From: Eledone cirrhosa
Taxonomy: Eukaryota
Length of the DNA: 64,000 nt
Reading direction: 5' to 3'
Assembly (NCBI GenBank): GCA_964016885.1
Contig: OZ024740.1
Span: 92,504,001-92,568,000, forward strand
Below are positions 26,453 through 40,950 of the stretch, piece by piece. The notes beneath the pieces were generated by a model, which made no database searches, was not told where the DNA came from, and worked only from the letters and a program-made list of their open reading frames with translations. Position numbers and translations under genes: made by a program. The first letter of the stretch is position 1. Each line of letters opens with the position of its first letter.

Positions 26453-26994
26453 GTGTGTGTGTGTGTGTGTGTGCATAGGTATATACGTGGAGAGCATAAA
26501 TTAATTATCTCATTATAAAATGCCATATTTTGGATACTATTAGAGATTTTAATTTTTCCTTGTTTTAAATCATAAATTTCAAGTCCAAAAAATTAAAAAA
26601 TATTTTACTAGGAAATGCGTTTAATTATTTGCAAGCCAAGAAATGCCTATAATATTATGAATGCCACAGTAATAAGAATTCGAGAAAGTAGAACTAATGA
26701 ATTCAGGAAAGTTTGAGAAAGTTGGAATTTTACCTTAGTAATGATCTCAAATATTTTCGGGTTTACCAACCATTAACATGTTATGCCCATGTGGGTGGTG
26801 CCTTCAAAGAGTAATCTGCGAAGGACAGTTTATGGCTGGTCGATTTAATTTGATTGAATATAAAAATATAATTGTTTGGTCATGTGTTTCGGGGGATATG
26901 TGAGTGAGTGTGTGTATGATATATGAACGTGTGTGCGTCGTGTATGTGTGTCTGTGTAGTGAGGAACGCATATTTCAGAGTTAGGGACTAAAAG

Positions 26995-27320
26995 GTGTGT
27001 GCATGGGTGTAAGTGTGTATGTGTATGGTATGTGTACGTGTGTGCATGGGTGTAAGTGTGTATGTGTATGGTATGTGTACGTGTGTGCATGGGTGTGTGT
27101 ATGTGTATGGTATGTGTACGTGTGTGCATGGGTGTAAGTGTGTATGTGTATGGTATGTGTACGTGTGTGCACGGGTGGGTGTATGTGTATGGTATGTGTA
27201 CGTGTGTGCATGGGTGTAAGTGTGTATGTGTATGGCATGTGTACGTGTGTGCATGGGTGTAAGTGTGTATGTGTATGGTATGTGTACGTGTGTGCATGGG
27301 TGTAAGTGTGTATGTGTAAT
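26995..27320. repeat. 43-bp minisatellite (~7.5 units)
   Basis: gtgtgtgcatgggtgtaagtgtgtatgtgtatggtatgtgtac repeated, with some 39-bp variants. Confidence 0.92.
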
Positions 27321-27841
27321 GAAGAACGCAGATTTCGGGGTATGATAGTAAAAGGTGTGTGTGTGTATATATATGTGTGAAATCTGTCTGCAACAATTAT
27401 TTTTTTTATTAGTCTGCTAGATGGCCATTCGAAGCTAGCAAAATATGTGCCTAATGCTAGTATTGGTCCCTTAAAAGTGGATTACAATTTGCAGGTATTG
27501 AGACATTTTTATGCTGTTAGCATTAGTTGTGTCAACAAAGGCCAAGGATAGGACTGCTGGGTATTGAACCGGTCCTTCAATTTAAATTGAAGCCTTCAAA
27601 TATCGCTTTATATACAAATCCGTATTAATTTCAGAAACCTATTTTAATGAAATAATAAATAATGATAACAATCACAGCAAATTCTTCGTTAAACCAAAAT
27701 ATGTGCCGCCTTTCTTTATGGATTTTCTTTTAAAACTGTTTCTACAATTTATAACGAACAGAAACTATTAGAACTGAAACATGAGTATATGATGAGATTG
27801 ACTAACTAATTTGCGTCATCTTTCTATCTGTTTTGTTTTTG

Positions 27842-27959
<118 letters not shown>

Positions 27960-29221
27960 CCTATATGTATATATGTGCACGAATGACATATCGTGTGAAA
28001 CGTAAGTTATGTAAATAAACGACTTAAATAAAAAATTAGCAATGCCTTAAACCAGGAATATTAAAACCTGTTAGTGAAAGTGTCACATGAATGTTGTCAC
28101 GAAATGGTCAGGGTCTCAAATCAAATACTACCACGTTTTCTATAATCATCTATATTGATATTATTGATATATTATTTTTGTGTTCAGAAGAATGTCATTA
28201 ATGGTTATCTTTTGTCTACAAACATTAGTTTATCAATTTGAAGAAATTGCTTAACATATCCCAAACAAAATAATTTGCTTATTAAATTTTGTCATGAATG
28301 AAATGTTTTTTCAAACGATTTGTCACTAATTGCAATTTGGTAAGGTTACATTTCTCATTTCTTCTTTAAAATTCCGATTTATTCTATGCATGTTCTATTT
28401 CTATAAGGATTGAATGTTATCAATTCATGGTTTCGAGTATTTTCATTTTTGTTTGTACATTTTTCTTAATATTTCTGAAAGAAATAGTGTATATATTTTT
28501 TTTATTAATGGTTACGTTGACAGAAAGCATTTAAGAAGAAATTGAATCGAATCTTTAAGGAATTTATAAATACATTAATTGCACAGATTTTTTTTATTAA
28601 TCTCGAACAATCTAAAAAATGATCTGTAAAATCCAATTATATAGTTTTGTTTAAAAAAAAAATTGATTGTCATATGTTCTATCTGTTATTATCAATCTAA
28701 AAGTGGATTAATGGGTTTCGGTGTAATACTCAAACGATATTCAAAAGAAATTGAGAACATTTAAAAATCTTTTGACAACATACAATGCAATTGAAAACGA
28801 AGATATTAAAAGGAGCTTTCAAATATGTCATAATATCAATTTTAATAAAGGTTATTTCATACAAACTACAAGACATTTCAAAAACAAGAGTCCAGTTGTA
28901 TGTAATCGTTCGGTAAAACCATTTAGTTAATGCCATTCCATATTTAAAGACATTGAATATTATTACTTCCCAATTGAAAAAGGTGTGTTTATATATTCAG
29001 AAAATAGAATTCCTCATGAACTTTATTTATAATTTCGCAAAAGAATTGCAAAAGGAAACAAATGAATCAAGGATACACACTTGAACAGCTTTGTGCAAAT
29101 GCTGTTTCTGGTAACATGCACGGATAGTAAAATAGAAACATTTCAAGATGGTTTTGTTTATTTGTTTTTAAGATGTAGTTTATTACCTCTCTCGTAATCC
29201 AATACGATTCCACAGAAAAAA

Positions 29222-29606
29222 TAATTCTTTCTACTTTTGGCACAAGGCCAGTAAATAACCAGTACATTACTGGTACTTTATTTTTATTGACCCCATAAGG
29301 ATGAAAGGCAAAGTTGACATTGGCGGGATTTGAAGTCAGAATGGAAAGGGCGTCTCTATGCGTCAAAGCATGGCGTCCGACCCACTACCGATACTGGCAA
29401 TTCACCACAGAAAAATAATTGTTTCTACTATTGGCACAAGGCCAGAAAATTACCCAGTACATTACTGGTACTTTCTTTTATCGACCCCGTAAGGATGAAA
29501 GGCAAAGTTAACCTCGGCGGGATTTGAACTCAGAATGGCAAGGGCCGTAACTCTATGCGTCAAAGCATGGCGTCCGAACCTCTACCGATACTGCCAATCC
29601 ACCGCC
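29222..29606 (-). mobile_element. Two tandem SINE copies
   Basis: Copies at 29222-29405 and 29417-29606; ccacagaaaaataat occurs before, between and after them. Confidence 0.88.
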
Positions 29607-29816
29607 AATCACCACAGAAAAATAATGCATGATATACATAGTGTGTTTTGACATAGGGAACACTTCTACAAAAGTCCAAATTAGTGGTTTCAATATACGG
29701 TGTTAGATATATACATATATTTATAATGTGACACCTTAACATTTGAAATAACAATTGTTTTAATCCCACATACACACACACAAACACACACACACACACA
29801 AACACAAACACACACA

Positions 29817-29875
<59 letters not shown>

Positions 29876-29876
<1 letters not shown>

Positions 29877-30848
29877 AAGAAAAAGAGATGAAATCGAAAA
29901 TGCAAGTGGAGTCTTATTTTTTTTTTAAATATATATATTTATTTGGATCCTTTACCGGTTTTGCAGTTCTTCTGCTTTTCAAAAGGTGAGTTGAGATGGA
30001 GGGTCTGTGGTTTTTCTTACATGTGGTTGGTCTCCGAATGTTACTTGTTTTATATGGAAAAAGTGGCTCGAAATGCCAGGTTTTTCGAGAAGTAATTTGA
30101 TTGGTTTGTCAATAATTATAATGAATTTCGCGTTACAATAGTTCTTCAAATAAGAGGGCGGTGGGGGGGGGGGGTTGTCACAGATTGTTTTTTTCGTGTA
30201 TGAGTGTTTGAATTTCTTTTTACTTGAAAAAAAGGGGCTCACGAAGGCCTTTTTTTGGGTTGGTTATAAATGAAATTATGGCTGTCACGTGAACAAGTTT
30301 TCATTAAATTTCCGTGCCCTTATTTGGAAATCCATTCTGTAGCCTTTTTAGAGAATTTTATGATAAGTGAAAGATAATGGTCAAGAGAAAGGGATGGGAG
30401 AATTGTTCTGGTTCAGTGAATATGGTTAGTTCGCTGGGGTGTCAGAATTCAGATTTTCTATTGAATAAAGAAAGTAAAGATATGTATGTTTATTTGTGTG
30501 CTTGTGTGTGTGTGTGCGTGTGTGTGTGTGTTGTGTGTGTGTGTGTTTGAATTTATTTACTTTAAAAAAGGTGGCTCACGAAGGCTTTTTTGTTTATAAA
30601 CGTGATTTGATTGGTTATGAATGAAACTTGGCTGTCACGTGGACAAGTTTTCATTACATTTTTGCGCCCTTATTTGGAAATCTATTCTGTAGCCTTTATA
30701 GAGAATGTTATGACAATGGAAAGATAGTGGTCAAGAGAAATGGGATTGGGAGAATTGTTCTGGTTCAGTGAATATGGTTAGTTCGCTGGGGTGTCAGAGT
30801 TCAGATTTTCTATTGAAGTAAAGATATGTATGTTTATTTGTGTGCTTG

Positions 30849-30879
<31 letters not shown>

Positions 30880-33291
30880 GTGTATTGGAAATGATTCTAT
30901 TAGTAGAAATGGGGGAGGGAGTTGTGTGTGTGTGTATATGGGTGTTATGTGTGTGTGCGAGTATGTTAAGATGGAGAGAATATATATTTTGTGTGTGTGT
31001 ATATCTGTGTGTAGGAAAGTGGTTCTATTAGTAGAAATGAGGGAGGGGAGCTGTGGGTGTGGGGGTTGTTATGTGTGTGTATGTGTGTTATGTGTGTGGG
31101 AGTATGGTTAGCACGTTAAGATGAAGAGAATATATATATATATATTGTGTGTGTGTGTGTGTGTGTGTGTAGGAAAATGATTCCTTTAGTAGGAATATTT
31201 TTGAGTGAACATATTTTCCTTACTTATTCGTATTTGTTCTGTTGTATTGTCAGTGCAAACGTATGTTAAGGTTTATTTAGTTCGGGTTTTTATTTTCTAA
31301 AGTAGAAGGTGTTATGTGTGTGTTTGTATGTCATATTATGGTGTTGACATAATGTATATTGAACCATATTTAATGTTGGTCTATATTTTTGAATAAACAT
31401 ATTTTCCTTATTTATTCGTATTTGTTCTGTTGTATTGTGAGCGCAAAGGTAAAATGGGAAGACTTGGAATTTCGGTGTCTTATTACTTGAGCAAATGTCT
31501 AGATGTGCACTTAGTGGTATCTGTCTCGTGGTTGGATCTCCTAATTGTTGGCGATGAACTGTCATTCTGTTTCTGAGTGTGAGTTTAGTTTGTCCTATAT
31601 AATCTTCATTGCATCCTTTACAGTTAATGGCATAAAACAGATTTTTTGATGAGCAAGTGAAGTGATTTTTTTACAGTAAAATGTTGTCCTGATTTAAATG
31701 TATATGTGTTGCCTTCAATGGGGTGAGTGCAGGTTCCACAATTAGAGGGACCACATTTTTTATACTTGGTTGTGGGTTTGTGGTAGGTAATTTGGCATTG
31801 GTGAGTAATGTTTTCAGTGATTTTGGTTGTCATTTGCTTTTGATTATTTTGTGTGTTTGAAGGGCTTTTTTCATTCTTGGGTTTTGTTTTAGTAGTGGGA
31901 TGTTCTTGTGAATAGTGTTGTAAGCTTCCGCATTTCTTGGGTTGTGTGTTGAGATATATGATAGAATATTGGAAGTACCTTGAATTTGTTTCTGTTTCCG
32001 TAATTCATCAATGCCTATTGCTTTAGCCCTTTCTATTCCTTTATTTATTAGTAATAGTGGGTACTCTCTCTCGAGTAGAATTTCCTTTAATTCTTGAAGT
32101 CTTTTATTTCGCGTTTCATAAATGGAGACAATCGTGCAAATTCTTCTTGCTAGGTTAAAAGGAATGTTCGTCTTCGTGTGCTTTGGATGGTTGGAGGTGA
32201 ATAGTAGATATTGTTTGGAATCTGTTGGTTTGTAGTGTATGTCAGTTTCGATATGTGTGTCTTTTTTTAAGATTAAGATGTTCAGAAATGGGAGTTGATC
32301 TTGGCTGTATTCAATTGTGAATTGGATGTGGTTATTGACGCCGTTTATTAAATTTTTGAAATCCTTCAGTTCGTCGAGTGTGTGGGACCAAAGAATGAGG
32401 CAATCATCCAAATAAAGTTTCCAATTCTCTGATAAATATTTGAGGAAGTTCAATCCGTATTTTGATTTTGACTGTTCATATATCTGGACTTCTAAGTATG
32501 CCATGACTAAGTTGGCATAAGATGGAGCCTTCGTGAGCCACCTTTTTTTAAGTAAAGAAATTCAAACACACACACACACACACAGCACACACACACACAC
32601 ACGCACACACACACAAGCACACAAATAAACATACATATCTATACTTTCTTTATTCAATAGAAAATCTGAATTCTTACACCCCAGCGAACTAACCATATTC
32701 ACTGAACCAGAACAATTCTCCCATCCCTTTCTCTTGACCATTATCTTTCACTTATAAAATTCTCTAAAAAGGCTACAGAAGGGATTTCCAAATAAGGGCA
32801 CGGAAATTTACTGAAAACATGTTCACGTGACACCCATAATTTCATTTATAACCAACCAAAAAAAGCCTTCGTCAGCCCCTTTTTTCAAGTAAAAAGAAAT
32901 TCAAACACTCATATACGAAAAAACAACCTGTGACAACACCCCCTCTTATTTGAAGAACTATTGTAACGCGAACTAGCGCGAAATTTATTATAATTATTGA
33001 CAAACCAATCAAATAAGTTCTCGAAAAACCTGGCATTTCGAGCTACTTTTTCCATATGAGACAAGTAACATTCAGAGACCAACCAGATGTGAGAAAAACC
33101 ACAGACCCTCCATCTCAACTCACCTTTTGAAAAGCAGAAGAATTGCGAAAACGGTAAAGGAACCAAATAAATATATATATTTAAAAAAAAAATAAGACTC
33201 CAGTTGCATTTTCGATTTCATCTCTTTTTCTTTATACTTTCACTCGTGTAGGACACCTCGGTTATTTTTCATTTTGTAAAAAAAACATCAC

Positions 33292-33297
<6 letters not shown>
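29876..33297. mobile_element. Second family A PLE insertion: minus arm 29876-32528 (RT C-terminus + EN) + inverted arm 32527-33297
   Basis: Same termini as 3684-10849. HHRs at 29949-29986 (-, GAAA mutated) and 33123-33160 (+). Flanked by (TA)n. Confidence 0.9.
31350..32528 (-). pseudogene. 5'-truncated, frameshifted family A RT/thumb + GIY-YIG
   Basis: MAYLEVQIY...LYLDD...HYKPTDSKQYL...NIPFNLARRICTIVS; CGPSNCGTC; MTVHRQQL... Confidence 0.88.
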
Positions 33298-33328
<31 letters not shown>

Positions 33329-33390
33329 CTCACGAATGAAACAGTTCTAGTTCTGTAGAAGCTCTTCTATATTAAAACTGTTATACTCTG

Positions 33391-33441
<51 letters not shown>

Positions 33442-33646
33442 CTTTCTGAGTCCAACCATTTTCGTTGGTATGGCAATGCGGCTGGACTGGCGATCGCTAT
33501 ATTTGATGTCTAAACGTTTTGTTATTACTCTGGGGTACTATTCCCTATCGAGTGCTAAAGCTACATTCCGAATTTGCATTCGTTAGCTTGGCCGCAACCT
33601 AAAGCTTCGTTAATGCTGTACTAAAATGTGTGTATATATATATATA

Positions 33647-34687
33647 CTATATTATATTTAGAGATTAATCTCTTAGTCGTTTACAATTAATCAGCTCAAA
33701 GAAAGAGCCATTTTTGAGCAGTGAAATACAAGTTATATATTAATATATATGATAAACACAAAACGTGTTTGTATTGTAACAGGCAAAGTTAGCTAGCATG
33801 AAATAAACTAATTTAAGTGAATACAATTTGTCTGTCTCGTTATAAGTCAATAAAGACAAGCTTATATTGGCAAAAGCCGTGATTCCTGGACAAATTTAAG
33901 TTTCAAAATCAAAACTCGCTCCATAGATGAATTTGAACTTCGAAACCCAAATATGTTTCGCAACGATGGTACATGAATTGAGAAATAAAGAGAATCGAAA
34001 TGGAATTGAAATAAAAAGTGAAATATCCAAATCTGCTGTGCTTATCAACAGGAATCCAGTAAAATTAGTACATTCCACCTTCAAACACGTCTTGTGTTTA
34101 TCATATATATTAATATATAACTTGTATTTCACTGCTCAGAAATGCCTCTTTCTTTGAGCTGATTAATTGTAAACGACTAAGAGTTTAATCTCTAAATATA
34201 ATATAGTATATTGCTCCTTAACTGTAGAGTTGATCTTTAATCCCGTATAAATGGCTGTTATTTCTAGCACCGGGAATGCGGGATGGCTAGTTTAGCTGGC
34301 TACACCATGTGTAATCAGACCTGCAACATTTTTGAAGGTGGAATGTACTAATTTTACTGGATTCCTGTTGATAAGCACAGAAGTTTTGGATATTTCACTT
34401 TTTATTTCAATTCCATTTCGATTCTCTTTATCTTTCAATTCATGTACCATCGTTGCGAAACATATTTGGGTTTCGAAGTTCCAATTCATCTACGGAGAGG
34501 GTTTGGATTTTGAAATTTAAATTTGTCCAGGAATCACGGCTTTTGCCAATATAAGCTTGTCTTTATTGACTTATATCGAGACAGACAAATTGTATTCACT
34601 TTAATTAGTTTATTTCATGCTAGCTAACTTTGTCTGTTACAATACAAACACGTTTTGTATTTATCCTATATATTAATATATAACTTG
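33647..34687. mobile_element. Non-coding inverted-arm insertion, family G (minus arm 33647-34085; plus arm 34082-34687, slightly longer than one ~565-nt unit)
   Basis: 33729-34085 is the reverse complement of 34332-34687, and 33647-33770 is the reverse complement of 34082-34210. Flanked by TA runs. Confidence 0.75.
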
Positions 34688-34961
34688 TATATATATATAT
34701 ATGAAACAAATTAACTGGAATATAGAGATTTGAAATGCAGGTGTAGACGGATTCTCAGGAAAATCAGAAAATTCGGCTTTTAGGAAATTTTAGAACAGCA
34801 TAATGCTGTCGAAGCGGCCCTGGGTTAAAACATGTTACCTCCAAGGACAGAGATTAGTGGCTAGATGTGAGTTGACTCGACTCGAAGGAATCAAGAGTTG
34901 ATTGGAAGAAGGAACAATAAATTGTGAAAATATATATGGGGTCAATAATATCAAATAATGC

Positions 34962-35515
34962 ACTTCAGATCTCAACCTCTTGCAGTTTAGACGAATTAAT
35001 AAGATTATTGCAGGGGAAAAGAGGCTCGTAACGGAGAAAGAATTATGTTCGTTCATATAATGTTTGTGTTGGGACAGGTTAGCGAGAAAGAGAAAGGTGA
35101 AGTGCGTCTGTCGACCTATTCGTTTTGAGAAAGGAAGAATATTGGCCTCAGTAGATCTGGCCTGTAGAAGAGAGGGAGGAAGAGGGAGAAGGTGACAGTG
35201 GGAGAGAGAAAGGTAGGAGCAGTGAGAGAGAATGGAGACACAGAAAGAATGAATGAATACACGGTGGACAGAGAGGAAAGAAGAAAAGACAACTCACCTC
35301 AAGTATGATATCAGTCCGCGTTAGAAGGCTAAGATAGCTTTTGAATGTATAAATAAATTAACTCGAAAATAGAGTTTTGAATAGCTCACAAACATTAAAT
35401 TATGCCCTTCAGATCACAACCTCCTACAGTTTCAACGAATTAATGAGATCACTCTGTGGAATAGGAGGCTTGTAACGGAGAAACAAATATATTCGTTTAT
35501 ATAATGTCTATGTGT
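34962..35515. repeat. Diverged ~105-bp direct repeats ~445 bp apart
   Basis: cttcagatc.caacctc...cgaattaat...gaggct.gtaacggagaaa...ttcgtt.atataatgt at 34962 and 35407. Confidence 0.6.
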
Positions 35516-36150
35516 ATGTATATAATTAAAATTTAGCTTCAGCATATCTGTATACATATATATATGTGAATTTAGTTCATCTAAAGATATACGTTATGTT
35601 TAAGAAATAAACATTTTGAAAGACATTCTATGAATTGAAAAGCTGATAACTGGTGCCGTCTGGCATATACATAACCTCAGAAGCAGCTGGGGATAACTGT
35701 TTGTGCATTTAGATCATCTGACTCTTAGAAAGGGATTTCTTCCTCTTGCATTCTGAAATAGGCGAACATATATAATTGTTCGCGTGTGTAGGTGGGCTCC
35801 GTAGCCTTCTTTGGGAATGAAGCTGTATCAGATGGTTTAACTTAAAAGAAAAATTAAAAGTTAGCTTCTGCATGTATGTAGAATTTTATATATCGAAATA
35901 TATGCAGTATATTTACCACCTACACAAGCCGAAAAACTAAATATGTTGTCACTGCTAATGTAAGCCAGAATCTCGAAATTCATAAAGAGTTATCCTCCAT
36001 CGATTATGCTGGAATCTTTTTGACGGCGCTGGCCGACAGCCTTTCAATTCATAGATGGGCTGTGAATGATTTATTTATTATACATATCGTATATCTTTGG
36101 ATATACGAAATTCCCAGACACGCACAGACTCACACACGCCCCCCCCCCAT

Positions 36151-36182
<32 letters not shown>

Positions 36183-36216
36183 GTGTATATAAATATATAT
36201 ACACACACACACACAT

Positions 36217-36319
<103 letters not shown>

Positions 36320-36942
36320 AATGAATATTGGGGATTGAAAATACATACTATTCCCAAATTCTCTACAAATATTTCAACAATGACATTTGCTTATGTATAC
36401 CGTTGAAACATTTCGTGCAAGAATTGTATACAGATATACCAAAGATAAAATTATTTCTAAAATCATAAGAACAGTTCAAGTGATAGGTGATTTTCTCGGG
36501 AAAGACAAATATGGAGTACTATATATGAGACTAATTGAATATTTTGAGTTACTTAATTTAAACTTACAAACACTGAAAGAAATATATGTATTTTCATATC
36601 ATAAGTTATTCCGGACAACATTCTTGTTAATGTGTGTTGCGAAATTACTCGGTAATAAAGTGCATCTTTATGTTTCTCATAAATATGAAATAATAAGTCC
36701 TGCGAACGAAAAGAAAATATACGTAATTAATATAACTATCATTTTTTTCTGCTGACACTATCCAGAAAAATATAAATTATACGCACAAAGAAAAAAACAC
36801 TGACACATGCTCACACGCATAGGGCCCGTATAATACATGCATGCATCTGTCCACACTCACACATACGCACGGACACACACGAACGCACGCACTCACGCAC
36901 ACACATACACACACACAAATACACACACACACACATACACAC

Positions 36943-37006
<64 letters not shown>

Positions 37007-37082
37007 AAATATAAATTAGCGAGAATCGTATTTCGGCTTTGGAAATTAGCGAAAAACAACTTCCGAGATGTGTGGCAAGCGC

Positions 37083-37168
<86 letters not shown>

Positions 37169-37483
37169 TAAAAATACGAAATATTGGTATATAAATAATA
37201 TAACGACTTGCAAACCAGACATCACTGAATATAAAGGCGCTAGAATTTACGAGTAGAAGGAACACAAGTTATTGTTATTGGTACAGCAATTTAGATATCT
37301 TCTACAAAAAACGTGGAATATCTAATCAGTTAAAATAATGAATTATTTCTTAGTATAGATAAGTAAAATACATTTCGAACACACGCCTGGAGACCTGAGG
37401 TGTGTGGTTGTGTGAGCGTGTGTGTAAATGTGTGTGTGTGGGTGGGTGGGGGGGGGGTCATGATATAGATATATACATGTAGA

Positions 37484-37650
37484 GATTGGCAGTATCGATA
37501 GAGGGTCCCACGCCATGCTTTGACGCATTGAGATTACAGCCCTTGCCATTCTGAGTTCAAATCCCACCGAGGTTAACTTTGCCTTTCATCCTTACGGGGT
37601 CGATAAAATAAAGTACCAGTAATACACTTGTGCCAAAAGTAGAAACAATT
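37484..37650 (+). mobile_element. tRNA-derived SINE
   Basis: Matches the SINE consensus; has a 3' internal deletion. Confidence 0.85.
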
Positions 37651-38439
37651 ATATATATATATACTTATGATGTAACTGTGTGGACTTTGTCAGTCATGGT
37701 TTGAGGAAAACAGGTTTCAAATTGTTTTTTTAAATCATCGCACATGGAAATAAGTCATCTGTCTGCAATATGAAAAATAATTGCATCAATAGGTTCAATC
37801 TGCGCTACGTGTATGCTATATGACAGTAATATTGTCAATGCTGTAGAAATTCTGGAAATAAATTATACATCTCAATCTCAAATTATATTACGTATGTTTT
37901 AATTTGAAAAAATAATTATTTTTTATAGAATAATAGACGGTAATATTGGACGGCTATGCTGAGAACCATATGGTCATTTTTCATATGAGCAGTACATAAC
38001 GCCCCTATCCCATTGGAGATAATCAATATTTTCTTAACCAGATACAAATAGATCAAAATCTCGACCAAATGGAAACGTAACTTCTTGGGGAAAATAGAAA
38101 AAATAAAACAAGGTTATTGAATGTATAATGAATATAAGCTTATTTGTTTCATCATACGTCTACTTAATGGCCCTGACCTGGGTCAAAAACAAAACGATTT
38201 TGAAAAGTTAACTTAACAAAATAAAACTTTCTTTATCGGAGCTTCATCGAAACTTTTGCACTTTTAAACGGCCTCACGCCTAATTACTGGACATATAGCA
38301 TATACAATTATTTGGAATATTTGTCTTTCAGGTAACAAGAACTATCTTCACAGTCTAATGAATTCATAAGCCTAGTTACAAACATAAATGCATATATTCT
38401 TTTAATCGTATATAAATATTTTGATATATATTATTCAAT

Positions 38440-38626
38440 AATTGTTTCTGCATTAGGCACAAGGCCAGCAAATACCCAGTGCATTACTAGTACTTCATTT
38501 TATCGACCCCGTAAGGATGAAAGGCAAACTCAACCTCGGCGGGATTTGAACTCAGATCGTAATGGGACGTAACTATGTTGGAAACATGGTGTCTGATCTT
38601 CTACCGATACTGCCAATCTACCGCCC
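38440..38626 (-). mobile_element. tRNA-derived SINE
   Basis: Matches the SINE consensus. Confidence 0.87.
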
Positions 38627-39052
38627 TAATGGTTCGAAATATCATGTCAATTTATGTGGTTAAAATATAGGCCATTCCTGAAAGAACATAACTTTAAAGA
38701 AGTATTTTTCATGGGCATTCTCTATGTTCGTAGATTAATCAACCATGGCGATTTTCTAGAATGTCTCTGAGGATAATATTTCAGGGTCATATGGCTACTA
38801 TAAATAGCATGACACGTTACCTTCTAAAGATATTCTTATTGGCTCGCGGGTAAAATTTATGCAGAATGTTAAAACCACATTAGATTGCTTAATTACGCAT
38901 GGCAATATGATCGGTTCCGAAAAAGGTAACGTCAAGTAGTAATACAAGTCTATAATACGTGATGGATAAAAATCAATTATGGAGAATATATTTCAATTCA
39001 TGTCGTATGGAATGTACAAATATGGATAGACAAGTTATATATGTGTACATAA

Positions 39053-39116
<64 letters not shown>

Positions 39117-39119
<3 letters not shown>

Positions 39120-39652
39120 GAAGTTATATTTAATTTTTTTGGATATAACAAGCAAATATTTTTATAACTGATATAAAGCACTCAACACATTATTGGAGTA
39201 AAAATACAATATATTAACAAATGGAAACTATATTTAGAAAACCATATTTATTTCATTATACATATTTCAAGGACACAAAAGCAAATTGTGGTGCGCTTTC
39301 TTCAGATAAAATATAATATAGATCAGATTTATAAACATATATTGACATACCCTTAATTTTATTATTGGTCTAATTTTTCCTATTCCAACTGCTTAATTTA
39401 AATGTACTGGAATTTAAACCTCCCCGACACTAATTTGCATAATAGACCAATAATAAAATTAGTAACACCACTATCCGGGAGCTTCCAACCGACATGGTCG
39501 CATTATTTAAGGGTATGTCAATATTTGTTTATAAAACTGATCTATATTATATTTTATCTGATGAAAGCGCACCATAATTTGCTTTGGTGTCCTTGAAATA
39601 TGCATAATGAAATAAATAAGGTTTTATAAATATAGTTTCCATGTGTTAATAT

Positions 39653-39656
<4 letters not shown>
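39117..39656. mobile_element. Inverted-arm insertion, family C variant, with HHRs at ~39245-39320 (-) and ~39544-39618 (+)
   Basis: 39207-39352 is the reverse complement of 39510-39656. Motif: CTGATGA-aag-c-gcacca...tggtgt-c-ctt-GAAA-TATGCA-TA. The left tail is ~90 nt longer. Confidence 0.8.
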
Positions 39657-39693
<37 letters not shown>

Positions 39694-39700
39694 ATATATA

Positions 39701-39803
<103 letters not shown>

Positions 39804-39848
39804 GATAAAGAACACAAGAGCGTCTACAACATCAACAGATTTGTATTG

Positions 39849-39893
39849 GCTTACAATGTTTCTTCCTTACGTAACCGAAGGTTTCGTCAGAGC
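39849..39893 (-). ncRNA. Isolated hammerhead ribozyme in a ~90-bp island between (TA)n runs
   Basis: Reverse complement reads gct-CTGACGA-aa-CCTT-cggttacgt-AAGG-aa-GAAA-CATTG-TA-agc. Confidence 0.65.
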
Positions 39894-39904
39894 TATATAT
39901 ATAT

Positions 39905-40012
<108 letters not shown>

Positions 40013-40142
40013 CACACATATATATATATATACATATATGCATGCAAATAAAACAACACGTACAACATACACTTGCGAACACACACACACACTATACGTA
40101 TATATGTGTATATATATATATATATAAATATATATATATATA

Positions 40143-40173
<31 letters not shown>

Positions 40174-40611
40174 AACTTTGGTTGTACACACTCTTATATG
40201 TACCTATATTTTCACATCTCCTTTCAATTATCAGTCTCATTTTTGTGCACTGTTTATTATGCCAATCTTTTTTTACTCTTTATTACTATATTGCAGTCAT
40301 AAATAACATTTTTATTTCTCCCTATATCCCTATTTAAGTCTAATCTCAAGCTACCGTCCAACCTTTCGTTCTATTTTATGGTTATATATGTACGTTCTCT
40401 GTTATAAATAAAAATACAAACTTGTCATTTATGTTTATACCAAGTAAGATGACGTTGGATTCTAACTCCTGCTTCCTCCTTTCATTTTATGGGCACTGCA
40501 GCACATCAAAGAAAGTTCATAATATCTTATTAGCATTTTTTAACAACACAAAACAGTCATAAGACTCTCAACATATACACAGGTATCTATATAAATATAC
40601 ATACACGTAGA

Positions 40612-40661
<50 letters not shown>

Positions 40662-40770
40662 ATTTGATCTTCTTTGAACCTATATATATATGTGTGTGTA
40701 CGTGTGTGTATGCATGCTGGCATATAACTATATAGAGAAACGTATATGGATACAGCCATGTATCATTTAA

Positions 40771-40950
40771 TTGGCAGTATCGGTAGAGGATTGGACGCAT
40801 TGCTTTCTAGCATAGTTATGCCCCTTTACAGTCTGAGTTCAAATCCCGCCGAGTTTAACTTTGTCTTTCATCCTTACGGGGGTCGATAAAAATAAAGTAC
40901 CAGTAATGTACTCGGTATTTGCTGGCCTTGTACCTAAAGTAGAAACAATT
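40771..40950 (+). mobile_element. tRNA-derived SINE
   Basis: Matches the SINE consensus. Confidence 0.86.
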
